Source: Cyanophora paradoxa CCMP329 (lineage: Eukaryota; Plantae; Glaucophyta). Taken from it: a DNA stretch of 64,000 nucleotides. The notes below the pieces were generated by a model, which was not told where the DNA came from, ran no database searches, and was given only the letters and a program-made list of their open reading frames with translations. The position numbers were made by a program, and so were the translations under genes. This document shows positions 12,016 to 22,900 of the stretch, piece by piece; position 1 is the first letter of the stretch; each line of letters starts with the position of its first letter. The DNA lies in assembly GCA_004431415.1 (NCBI GenBank), contig QPMI01000294.1, forward strand, positions 1-64,000, given 5' to 3'.

Positions 12016-12302
12016 GTTTTTGGACAGTTCCTCATCAGATCTGAGCCAGTTAGCGAGCGATTTGAGCGATTAAGTCTGTTTGGCGTTCATTTTCAGCGAT
12101 CGGGGTCCCTTTTATATATATAGAAGATTTTTCTTTAAGTAGTTTTGGGTCCCCCAATCATTTTTTGTTGGAAATCGAGAAAGTATTCCTACGAAATATT
12201 TCCACACGACTTATCGAGTGGTTTAGATACAAAAAGAATGAATGGGTATTTCAGCGAATAAACAGCATATCCCCAGCCTAGTAATATGCTGGGAAAAATA
12301 AT

Positions 12303-12557
12303 TTAGACATGTTTCAATTTTCTCCCTCTATTTGAGTAAGGGACATCATACAAATACTTGACAAAGCAGACTGCATTGGCTGCATACTTTCGCTGACATG
12401 AACTTGCTATTTTCATTGCTCTATAGGTATCATCGGTTTGATATAGATCTCTTAGCTGTGTGGCTATTTTTTCGTTAAACTTTTTGATTTGAGCCTTACC
12501 TTTTTCAGTTTGCTGATATCTTTTCATAGCTCTCTTCTGGGCTTCACTGAGTGGCAT
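12303..12557 (-). CDS. Small basic SEAQKRA-family protein (probable DNA-binding)
   Basis: MPLSEAQKRA..TEKG...NAVCFVKYLY.VPYSNRGRK; closely homologous to 44469-44726. Confidence 0.8.
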   Translation of the reverse strand: MPLSEAQKRAMKRYQQTEKGKAQIKKFNEKIATQLRDLYQTDDTYRAMKIASSCQRKYAANAVCFVKYLYDVPYSNRGRKLKHV

Positions 12558-12613
12558 TTTTCCTCTGTCTCTCTTAATATATATAGAGAATTCTTTAAAT
12601 CATTTTTTGTTCT

Positions 12614-13428
12614 CTAACCTCTTTGTCCAAATTGCTCAATATACATAAGTTTGAAATGCTTACCTAGCAATGCTACAAATGGTTCGATTTCCAAGGTCTC
12701 CCATGTTTTCTTGTCCTTATTCCATCTGCAATCTAATCCTTTTGCGATATCTTTTTTAAGATAAGGCACCTGAAACCCAGCAACCAATGTATTTGTTGTA
12801 CTGAGTTCTGCATACATTTCAATCAATGCAGATCTGCCCTCTCTGAACCTCTCTATATCATCTCTGCGAAGATTATCCATTTTCGGAATAAATTGGTTGC
12901 ACCAAATCAGGAAAAGATTAACTGCATGTTTATTCCTTGCTCTTTCTTGTTCTAATTCTCTCTCTCTTCGCTCTCTTTCTTCTAATTCAAGCTGCCTCTT
13001 TCGAGCTTCCTCCTGTTTTTCAAGTTCTCTTTTCTTTCCAGTTCTTCTTGCTTTAAAGCGATTCTGCACTTATTACAGAAATTATCCTTTCGGTTTTTAT
13101 GCCGATCTCCACATCTTTCACATATATCTTGACCTCTGGCACCCTTCGGAATAAATCGTAAAATGCAGCAATTCCCAACAATGACCACAATCTTTTTATT
13201 AACATGCAGAATATAGCATTGCTCTTTAATTGGATGATCACAGGCGCAATGCTCAGACTCTGGAGGCAGGTCATAGTCACTTAATCCATATTTTGCAAGC
13301 TTTGCCCAAAGAGGGAGCGGTTTCCTGTTACTTCCAAGAGCAACATAATCATTGAAGTTATCAGATCCACAAAGCAACATTAAAGCCGCTTTGAGCTTTT
13401 CCAGGCAATACGATTTCTTCTCTGCCAT
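12614..13428 (-). CDS. Cys/His zinc-domain protein with coiled coil and C-terminal DUF5710-like domain; frameshift near 13030
   Basis: CACDH-I..C-YI...VGNCCI-RF and CERC..FCNKC, then an E/R-rich helix and VPYLKKDIAKGLDCRWNKDKKTW. Confidence 0.7.
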
Positions 13429-13537
13429 TGTCCTTTTATATATATAGAAGATATTTCTTTAAGTAGTTTTCATCAAATTTTGTGTTCAGAATTCCCCATT
13501 TACAACCTCCCCTTTTAGTAGGAACAAGTTAGGAACA

Positions 13538-16500
13538 ATGCCCCGAATTAGCAACAGACTCATTAGAGAGAAGAAATGGGAACTTATGGGATTACTGGGA
13601 ACACTGTATGCAGCCCATGAAATCACAGAGGCTGAATATGACCGGGAAATCGGATTTATTTCAAGGGGCAGACCCACTTTAGCAAAATTAACCAGAAAAG
13701 CCAATAACCTCTATGACAAAGTTGAGACTCTTGATGAACTCGATCGCCTGAGGCAAATAGAACCAGAGGCAGAAGATGGCACAGCCATGAATGAATTATA
13801 TCGCTGGCTCACATACAGAGCCAGAAGGGAAGTTGTTGTTGATGTGATTGAATATTTAGATAGAATTGCAACCTCTCTACCAAAACGTTTAAGGATAGTC
13901 TAGATCAATTCAGGGCAATCAAGGTTCGCTTATCGTTTATCTGCAAGTTCGTAAAAGTCAGCAATCCACAGGTTTGGATATCGAAATACATTTACAGCGA
14001 TTATTTTGTATTAACCAAATCGAGAAATATTCGAACTGAGCTGAATAAAGCAGCCCAAATGTGTCAGGAACAGATGAATGTTGTTGATAGCTATCGATTG
14101 GAGAGAATCGAAATGCTAAGAGTTGCTATTATGAGTTATGCCCCAACTGGTGGCTGCTATGTTAAAACACCAGAATCAATTGCAGCCAAGAGAGCCACAG
14201 TGAATATTCGAAATATTGATGATTCTTGCTTTGAAAATGCCATTTTGGCATGGATCCATAGGAAAGATGTAAATTCCCACAAGAGAAGTGAGCTTACACA
14301 ATATCGCAAATGGAAATACTCACCAACCACATACAATCCTTTGGCTCTCAATTTCGACAATATCCATTCCCTGTTCCTTGTGATGCTGAAATCATTGATA
14401 AATTCGAATCTCAAAATGCAGGCATCAGCATAAACATATTTGGAATGGATGGAGATGTTATATATCCCTACATCAATCCAGCAACCCAGGCAGAAAGCAA
14501 AAGATTAATCTAATGCTCATTCATGATGATGAAGGGAATGGTCACTATATTACAATCATGTCCCTTTCAAGACTTCTCAGAGTTGCCCTTGATAAAACCA
14601 AGGATCAAAAGTTACACTACTGTGATACATGCTTGTCTCGATTCAGGTCTGAGGCTAAGCTAACTGCTCATGTGGATTCAAACAGATGCATTGATTGGAG
14701 ACTCTCAAAGGGAATCACACCTAAACCTGAAACCACCATAGAGTTTGGACTGAAAAACCTTAGGAAAACTGTCTGGCTTCCTGTTGTGGTTTACTGCAAG
14801 ATTGAACATAGAAGCATCCCCATTGATGCATCGAAATCTAAGAGGGAAGTTTCAGCAGTCAACCTTAGAATAGTCACTGGGGCAGATGTTCAAGATTTTC
14901 GATTTGAGGGGCATGATCCAATGGGAGGTCTGTTTGAATGCTTGGAATCCAAAGCAAGAGAGCTAATCGATTTCCTGTTCACCAATATTCCCATGAATGA
15001 ACTCACAGATGAGCAAAAGGCTGTTTACAGGGCTACTAAACACTGTTACCTTTGCAGTGAGAGGTTCACCAAGGAAAACTTCAAATGCAGGGATCATGAT
15101 CACCACACAGGTAATTACATTGCACCTGCATGCAGAAACTGTAATCTACATAGGAGAATCTCAAAGCAAACCAAAGTTGCAGTTGTTGTTGACCAAATGG
15201 ATGAATGTGGGACATTCATTTTCAGAAAAATAGCAGGCATGGGTGATAAAAAGCGAATCGAAATCCTTTCGAAAAACTTTGATCAATACCTTTCATTGCA
15301 ATGGGGTCTTTACAAGTTCATTGATGCAAGTAATTTCATGGACTTTGGGGCTGCTGATGTAGATGAGTTAATGAGCAAATTCCAAGCTTTCAGAAGGCTC
15401 TCACACTCAGTATATGGACTTGACCCAGTTCATTATGTATCTGCACCTGGGTTATCTTGGGATGCTATGCTTAGGACCACCAAGGCAAAAATAGAGCTTA
15501 TAAGTGATGTAGAGCAATACGAATTTGTTGAGAGGGGAATCAGGGGTGGCTTTGCAACAATGCCTTGTAGGTATGCTGAGGCTGATGGTGAAAACTCCCA
15601 CATTATGCTGTTTGATGCTAACAACTTGTATGGCTACTGTTTGAGTCAGCCAATCCCAGTTGGTGATTTTAGATGGGAGACCGAATTCAACCCACAAGAT
15701 AACAGATCCAGTTTCCTGGAAGTTGATCTGGATTACCCAATTAGGCTATATCTAGACCACAGTGATTTCCCCCTAATTATTAACAAGAAAATAGTAGAAT
15801 ATGCAGAATTATCACAATATCAAAAGAGCCTATTAGATCTCTCAGGAGAAGAGCTTGATAAGACCCCTAAGCTAACTGCAACCTTTGGTTCTGTGACCAA
15901 CTATGTGATTTCTGAGCCTCTTCTACAGTATCTGTTGGACAAAGGGGTGAAACTAAAGAAGGTTCACAGGGTCCTATCATTTACTGTGGCTCCTGTAATG
16001 AAACCCTACATTGAGCTGAACACTGAGATGAGAAGGAAAGCAGTGAATAAATTCGAGGCTGATTTCTATAAGCTCATGAATAATTCAATATATGGAAAAT
16101 GCATTGAATCATGTAGAGGTAGATCTGTGGTTAAGATTGCAAACAGTGAGAAACTGTTTATGAAATATGCAGCCTCTCCTTTAGTGAAATCAACAAGTCC
16201 CATAAGTGAAAGGGCAGTTGCATTTGAGTTTTACACAAAACATGTGAAGCTAGATAAGCCTGTTGCAATTGGGGCTTATGTTTTGGATGCTGCCAAACTG
16301 CATAATTACCAGTTCTTCTATGATACTGTAAGGTCCCAGTGGTCAAAAGCAAAGTTACTATTCCATGATACTGATTCCTTTTGTCTATATATCGAATCTA
16401 AGACCTTACAAAAAGATATAGAGAATATATCCTATGCATTAGACCTTGGAGGTGATTCCAGAATGACCCCAGGTAAATACAAAAATGAGATGCCAGGTTC

Positions 16501-16780
16501 TGCTATATTGGAGTATGTGGGTCTAAGAGCCAAAGTTTACAGTTTCAGAACTGCTGAGATTGAGAGAAGTAAGCTCTCTGGGACTTCCACTGAGGAACTC
16601 CAATTTAATGATTTTAAGCAGTGTTTATTTGCAGGTATCAGCAAGACTGTGACTGCAAAGCAGAAGAGAAGGGCAGATCACACAATAATAGATACTGTGA
16701 GTAGAAGGGTTGCCCTAAACTGCTTTGATGCAAAGAGATACATCTTACCAGATGGTATTAATTCTGTTCCTTTTAATTAA
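13538..16780 (+). CDS. polB: Protein-primed family B DNA polymerase (TP/vOTU-like N-terminus, EndoVII-like insert, degenerate exonuclease); frameshifts near 13890, 14370 and 14500
   Basis: FDANNLYG, KLMNNSIYGK and HDTDS polymerase motifs; CYLC..RDHDHHTG..ACRNCN; N-terminal MPRISNR matches MPRPSNR in PLV-2; NIDDSCF and GHY. Confidence 0.92.
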
Positions 16781-16783
16781 GAG

Positions 16784-18169
16784 ATGCCAGCAACTGGAAG
16801 AATAGTTAGAAGAACCACTGAGCAACTGCAAGGTAACCTACTGCCCATCACAATTCCAAAGGAGGAAAAGGGGGAATCTCGAATTGTTAAAAAGTCAGAG
16901 ATGAAAGAGCTTGTCCCAGTAGAGATCCCAGTTGCTATTGCAGTGAAAGAAACCAGCAAGATTGCCAAGAGATTCTATGATGTGAGAACAGGTTACAAAG
17001 GGCTTCAAGCTATGAGAGCTGCGTTACCAGATGAATCCTATAAGCAATTGCAAGAGTTCTACAAGAAACAGGAAGTTGTTCAGATCAATGCACCTGCTAT
17101 ATCTAGGAAGAGAGATCCCATGGTCCCAATCAGGCAACCCCTTGATACCTATGTGATTGATTTGCTCTTTTTCCCAGCTTATAAGAAACAAAACAATGGC
17201 TATGATACCTTTATGACTGCTATGGAATCAACACTGAGAACTGGGTATATCATACCTATAAGAGATAAATCAGCTCTCACTACATTAGCTGCATTTAAGC
17301 AACTTGAAATGAGAGTGGCAAGACCCATAGTAAAAGTTCAATCAGATGCTGGGAGTGAATTCCAAAATCGAATATTCCAGGAGTATTTATCTAGTAAATA
17401 CATAGAACACCAAGTGAGTGGAACTGCTGACCACAGAAGCCAAGGTCGAATTGAAGCCTTTAACAAGCAGATTAAGAGACTGATTACAAACTACTGCATA
17501 GCTAATAACACAGCTAGATTCTTTGATGTGTTAGGTGATATTGAGTATAATTACAATAATACAGTCCACTCAGCTACTAAGATGAAGCCAGGCGAAACTA
17601 CAGAGGATCATTATAGGTATATAGTGGGATTAGAAGATGAAAGATTCAAGAAATCAATAGCTTACCTTGATACCATGCAGCCTGGCATGTTTGTTAGAGT
17701 GAAAGTTGAGAAGAACCCCTTTGCTAAACAGGGTAACAATTGGTCTAGGATGGTTTACACTGTTGATAGTAGGGAAGGCTTTAAGTTTAAGCTAAGGAGT
17801 CCCACTGGTGAGATCATAGAAAACAGGTTTGCTTTCCATGAGCTGTTGCCTGTGAATGCAGTTGAATATCTAGAAACCCCTACAGTGGATGCCTTGGAGC
17901 AAGCTAAAGAGGAAGCCAGGGCTGATGCTGCTATAAGGAGAGAAGGCATAGAAGCTGCTAATGAAGTCCCAGATAAGCCTTTGATAGAGGCTAGAAAGGA
18001 GAAGGCTGGGAAAGTTAACAGGGAACTCAAAAAGCTCACTATAGCAGGGACACAGAAACTTTCTGAGGTTAATAGCCAGAGATGGTATAATGACTTTCAG
18101 ACTACTAAGGAGTCATATACAGCCCCTAAACCTCAGAGAACACTAAGAGAAAGGACCAAAACTAGCTAG
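16784..18169 (+). CDS. Retroviral-like (rve) DDE integrase of Polinton type
   Basis: YVIDL, QSDAGSEF and GRIEAFNK form the catalytic triad; YNNTVHSATKMKP; C-terminal VRV..F.K..NWS..VYTV..FKL. Confidence 0.95.
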   Translation: MPATGRIVRRTTEQLQGNLLPITIPKEEKGESRIVKKSEMKELVPVEIPVAIAVKETSKIAKRFYDVRTGYKGLQAMRAALPDESYKQLQEFYKKQEVVQINAPAISRKRDPMVPIRQPLDTYVIDLLFFPAYKKQNNGYDTFMTAMESTLRTGYIIPIRDKSALTTLAAFKQLEMRVARPIVKVQSDAGSEFQNRIFQEYLSSKYIEHQVSGTADHRSQGRIEAFNKQIKRLITNYCIANNTARFFDVLGDIEYNYNNTVHSATKMKPGETTEDHYRYIVGLEDERFKKSIAYLDTMQPGMFVRVKVEKNPFAKQGNNWSRMVYTVDSREGFKFKLRSPTGEIIENRFAFHELLPVNAVEYLETPTVDALEQAKEEARADAAIRREGIEAANEVPDKPLIEARKEKAGKVNRELKKLTIAGTQKLSEVNSQRWYNDFQTTKESYTAPKPQRTLRERTKTS

Positions 18170-18657
18170 TTTGCTAGGCAAAAACTCGTTTTTTCCAAAT
18201 ATATGTATGACTGATATACATATATGCACATGATATACACATAGTCTTGTAGATCTTATCAAGCGCTTCACAGCGATATGCAGAACGTTGCGTTTTGATG
18301 ATCTGGTGATGAGATATAACAGTTTGAAGATGCCGATTATCGATTTTTCGAGATTTCGGAATGATGCATCATAATGATGTAATAATGATGTATCATAAAC
18401 ATATAACATATATATATCGCCGTGATCGTCATGATCTCCCGAGTTCGATGGTGTGTCATATATATCATATACATATGCATCGTCATTATGACATCATTTC
18501 GTAACATTACACGTCCGTCATCGTCTTTTTCCGCAGCGAACAGATAAGTGAACAGTTAAGGAGACAACTATTGTAATAGTGGACTGCAACAACAATTGAA
18601 AACAAGATCTGTGGGAAAGCTATTGAAAGACAATGAAGCAAATTGCGAACAATTAAG

Positions 18658-18736
18658 TGAACAGTTAAGTGGACACCTGTTGGGAGTAGGCAGTGTCTAC
18701 TCGTTTATCGTGAAACGGTGTCCACTTAACTGTTCA
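18658..18736. repeat. Perfect 20-bp inverted repeat (TGAACAGTTAAGTGGACACC) with 39-bp spacer
   Basis: 18658-18677 pairs with 18717-18736; an extra partial direct copy lies near 18546-18560. Confidence 0.85.
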
Positions 18737-19157
18737 TTTAACTGTTGACGAAAACCCATGCATTATGACATCATATCATTAAACCCCATACAAAACACTA
18801 AAACGCATGTATCTCTTCACCAACTCATCATCTGACAAAACCAAAAACAGATTCGGAATCCTCTTAACGAGGCCTGCGTGACGATGTAAGTATCATAGGC
18901 TCAATAATTCATATGTTAATAAGCATCTGCCCTAGATTCCCCCTATAATTAAAGTGGACTCAAGGTTGACTCATATTAATCGATAGTATATGGATTTTGT
19001 TACGAATTCAATGCAAGGGTTGACTAAGTGGGTTGAGTTGACTCAAATTTCACAGGAAATAACAATGAATCAGAGTATAAAATGCATTTTTTGAATCAAC
19101 TACACCAACTAACACTGAGATTTTCACAATATATGAGGTCCTTACTGAATATGGTTT

Positions 19158-19250
19158 GTGTCACAGGTGTCACAGGTCTATCCCAAAGTTTTCTATAGCA
19201 TAAAAATGAACTCTCAAAAGTTTGGGATGGACCTGTGACACCTGTGACAC
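19158..19250. repeat. Iteron-like palindrome copy 2
   Basis: GTGTCACAGGTGTCACAGGTCTATCCCAAA ... TTTGGGATGGACCTGTGACACCTGTGACAC. Confidence 0.9.
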
Positions 19251-19345
19251 TCGATTATTTCATTTGTTTATTCAAGTAGAATTACATAGATAAACTTCTT
19301 ACTTATTGTTACTGAGTTTTTCATTATAAAAGAGGATCTTACCAT

Positions 19346-19457
19346 AAATGGTGTTGTTCACAGGTGTCACAGGTCTATCCCAAAGTTTTCACATATATAA
19401 AAATCAACTATCAAAAGTTTGGGATTGACCTGTGACACCTGTGACACCTGTGACACC
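19346..19457. repeat. Iteron-like palindrome copy 3 (inverted homolog of 9601-9712)
   Basis: AAATGGTGTTGTTCACAGGTGTCACAGGTCTATCCCA ... GACCTGTGACACCTGTGACACCTGTGACACC. Confidence 0.9.
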
Positions 19458-19699
19458 CAATTTTCTAAGGGTCCCCCCTTAGAATCATTAAAACATGATA
19501 AAAACATATCAATTTCATGTATAATTACGATTGAATTCAATAAGAGATCGATTTATTTTATTTAACAAATGAATCATTTATGGATCTTAATCGAGTTTAG
19601 CGATATATTTCCGATTAAATGAATTAAATTTAATTAAATTTAATCGAGAAAGTACATGAATATAATATCGATTAAAAGAATTAAACAAACAGACCAATC

Positions 19700-19982
19700 A
19701 CACATAGTAAAATGCGGAGTTTTAACCAGAGGCAAGATCTAATTGAAATTCAGTTATATTATTCGGAAATATATACAGATTATCGATAGACTCAGTAAGA
19801 CTAATCGGAAAATAAGAGAAATTTACGATAAAATATCGAAAAGAATACAAAATAATCGAAATAAATGAATATTCGATAAGATATACACAGATTATCGATT
19901 GATTGAAATAGAATATACGAGATATATCAACAAAATCAATTAAGATAAGCCGAGGGTTAAAACTCCGCATTTTACTATGTGT
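19700..19982. repeat. Terminal segment of PLV-1 bounded by a perfect 28-bp inverted repeat
   Basis: ACACATAGTAAAATGCGGAGTTTTAACC (19700-19727) pairs with GGTTAAAACTCCGCATTTTACTATGTGT (19955-19982); the interior is AT-rich with many ATCGA motifs. Confidence 0.9.
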
Positions 19983-22900
19983 CGCGGTCGGGCTGGGCGA
20001 GCGGCTCGCCTTGCACATGGACACAACCTCCTAGCACCTCCGACTCGCAGCTCGACAGTCCGCTGTCCTTCACTGAGACATCCGCTACAGCGTCCACAGA
20101 AATACAGCCGCCACTTTGCGCAGAAGAGCTCGATATGATCGCGTTCTGGAGATGGCAATGCGACTGCTTGCCACACCAAATCCCGCCACCGCGGCCGTTT
20201 GTGGCCCGGCTATGGAAGAATGACGAGTATGTAGCCCGCAGTATCCCTTGTCCGTTTGCAGCAGCTCCTCCCCCTGGAACGAACATTAGTAAGTGCAAGG
20301 CTTGCGATGAATAGAAATATTGCAATGCGCGCACCGTCTTGCTGTGCGGTGGAGTGCGTCACTGTAGACTCTAAAATCTCCAGGTCTCCAGAGCCTGTCA
20401 CAAAGACGGTTCCGCCCGTTTCCGCGGAATTTTCGGTGAGAGAGCATCGCTGGCAAATGGCGGTTCCGGCTTCAACGACAATCGCCCCTCCGCTCGCCTC
20501 GGCCTGTGCAGGAAATTTGAAAAGCGTCAGTCCCGCTCGCGCATCGGGAATATAGTGGCTCTGAATCGCACCGAGCCGTGACTCATGGTGACGTTTTTCA
20601 GGCGCAGCCCATTCGAGTTCGCAACATACATGCAACCGCCAGTGTATGCGACACATTCGGAGAGAACAGAATCACGCAGGATGACTCTATTGTCCGTGCT
20701 CTCAGAATCCACATAGATTCCCCCTCCCTTGGTCGCGCTGCTCACTTTGGTGATGCGCAACGCGCGCCCGTCGAGAATGAGCCGGCCCTTCAGCACTAGC
20801 GCCCCGCCGTAGTCAGTAGCCCGAGCACCCGTGATGTCAACTTCTTCCATCAGCACCTCCCCGCCATCCTGTAGCACGCTTGAGCTGCGATCCGCTCCAC
20901 ATTGCGTCGAGAACGCAGCGGAGGGCGAGGTCGAAAACGAGCCCGTGACCGCAGCGTTAGCCGCGAGCAGTATAGCGCCCGCCTGACGACCCCGAACCCC
21001 AGCAATTGACGTCCGTCTGATCGTTGTCGACGATCTGTGCTCGATGTACATCGCGCCGCCTTGCGTCCAGCCTGTCTCGCCACATTCAGAGAACGACGTG
21101 CCGTCCACCACTGTCGATGCTGCCCTGGAGACGAGCGCGCCACCGGCGCCGAGGCCGCTGCAACGGACGAACTCCGACGATGACAGCTGCAGCCTAGCGA
21201 TGTATTCTGGCACGACGACCGCGCCGCCGTCTATCCCGCTGCTGCTGTTTTCGAAACGAACGGCCTGGATAATAATCTCAGGTTGCTGACTGAGATCTAG
21301 AGATGGATACCCAGTGAGCAGAATAGAGCCGCCGGATCCGACGGCGCGGCTGTTGATGAAGTCAGTGGACTTGACTGAGAGCCGCTGGAGCTGCTGTCCG
21401 AGAATTGCCCCTCCTCCAGAATCTGCCCCGAAGGACTGGCCCATACCCGTACCCGCACCTAGCCCCGATCCGCACGCCGTGTCCGAGTTACTTAGGAAGC
21501 GTGAATCGCGCACATCGACGACGCTCTTTGGATCCCTCGTGCGGCCGACAACGTGCAGAGCGCCACCTCCGAAGAGAAGCCCGGTCAAGGAGTTGGAGGA
21601 CGGACCATCGCCGCTGCATTCCACCGGGCACCACGCAAGAGCGTTGCGTGTGAAGTTGGAGGCGAGGACGGTCAGGGCGGAAATGCCAGATATATGCATG
21701 GCTCCTCCAAGTCGCGGAGCCTGAAGCCGACCTCGGACGTTAGCAATCGCATTAATATTGTCGCAACCATAGCTTATTTATATTTATAAAACGCCGCACC
21801 CGGTTGGCCACAAAAGAGCAACCCTCGATCAGGACGGTACTTGTTGACAACGCGTCCGCTGAACTCGTGATGCTCACAGCGCCGCCGGCGCCACTACCGG
21901 CACCATTTTCGCTCTCGATCCTATTGTTCGCAAATGTAGCCCGCTGGACTGTAACCTAGGCATTTGCCGCTTCAGATAAAGCATTGCAAATTGGATTCAC
22001 GATCCATTTGCAATGAAAGAAACGGACTTGGAGGGCGGATGGTCCAAGGCGGACAGCGATGGCCCCGCCGCCAATGCGCGCTCTATTATCCTCGAATGTG
22101 CTGTCGCTGATTTCGACAGCGTCAGCAGCTGCATAGAAGGCACCTGCCTCCGATCTGCGATCCGATTGCGTCATGTTCAATTACGTTCCAGCTTCCTTTT
22201 TATTAATTCTCGCTTGCGAACGCACTGCTCTGCCACATTGTCCTTAAAAACGCTTGACGAGATGCGGACGGAGCCAACACGGCCCGCGTAGAGCGCGGAG
22301 CCAGGCCCCGCGAACTTGTTGCCGGAGAAGAAAGAGGTCTCTACGATAGCCTGGCCAACATTATTCACCACCACTGCACTTTGCATGCGGGCGTTGCGGA
22401 GATTAACAAAGGAGGTGCGACTGATGCTCAATGCGCCCCCTCCCTCAACGACAACGATCCCAGCGCCGAGATTTAGAGACTCAGGCTTGAGCTCAACAGC
22501 TGAAACGCTGACGTTCGAGCTAATGTTGCCGAATCTTTCGGCTACTGACCCATCGAAGACGCAATTGGATACGGAGATCTGCACTTTTTCTCCAGCTGAT
22601 ATGTGCAACACCGGGCCCAAAGTGCCTCCTCCTTGGAGAGTGATGCCTGAAACCGTAAGACGGCTGCTTGGATGAAGCAGCGTGACGTTTAGGAATCCAC
22701 ACACTCCTGCCATGTCGACGATTGTAAACGATGCTCCGCTGAGGGAAGTGATTTGCAGATCCGTCGCCTTGCCCTCGTCCGACACTGTCATCCAAAACCC
22801 TGATTGGCAAGATAGCGCTTCGTGCCGACCCGGCATCAAGACGACATTGCGAGTAGTGCCGGCGACGCGGCGAAGTCCTCTCGCGATGGTCTCGAACGGT

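Larger units (their letters stand above)
1..19982. mobile_element. Endogenous Polinton-like virus PLV-1 (partial; left end outside window)
   Basis: AT-rich, intronless, gene-dense block with MCP, two mCPs, A32 ATPase, PrimPol-D5 helicase, pPolB and rve integrase. About 1.8 kb of repeat-rich non-coding right end, then an abrupt switch to GC-richer intron-containing host DNA at about 19983. Confidence 0.93.

Noticed and set aside
1-19982. AT-rich blocks as bacterial or phage contamination, or chimeric assembly
   Set aside because: The gene set is Polinton-like. PLV-2 has TIRs, a TSD and in-frame host flanks, and PLV-1 ends at a defined terminal repeat.
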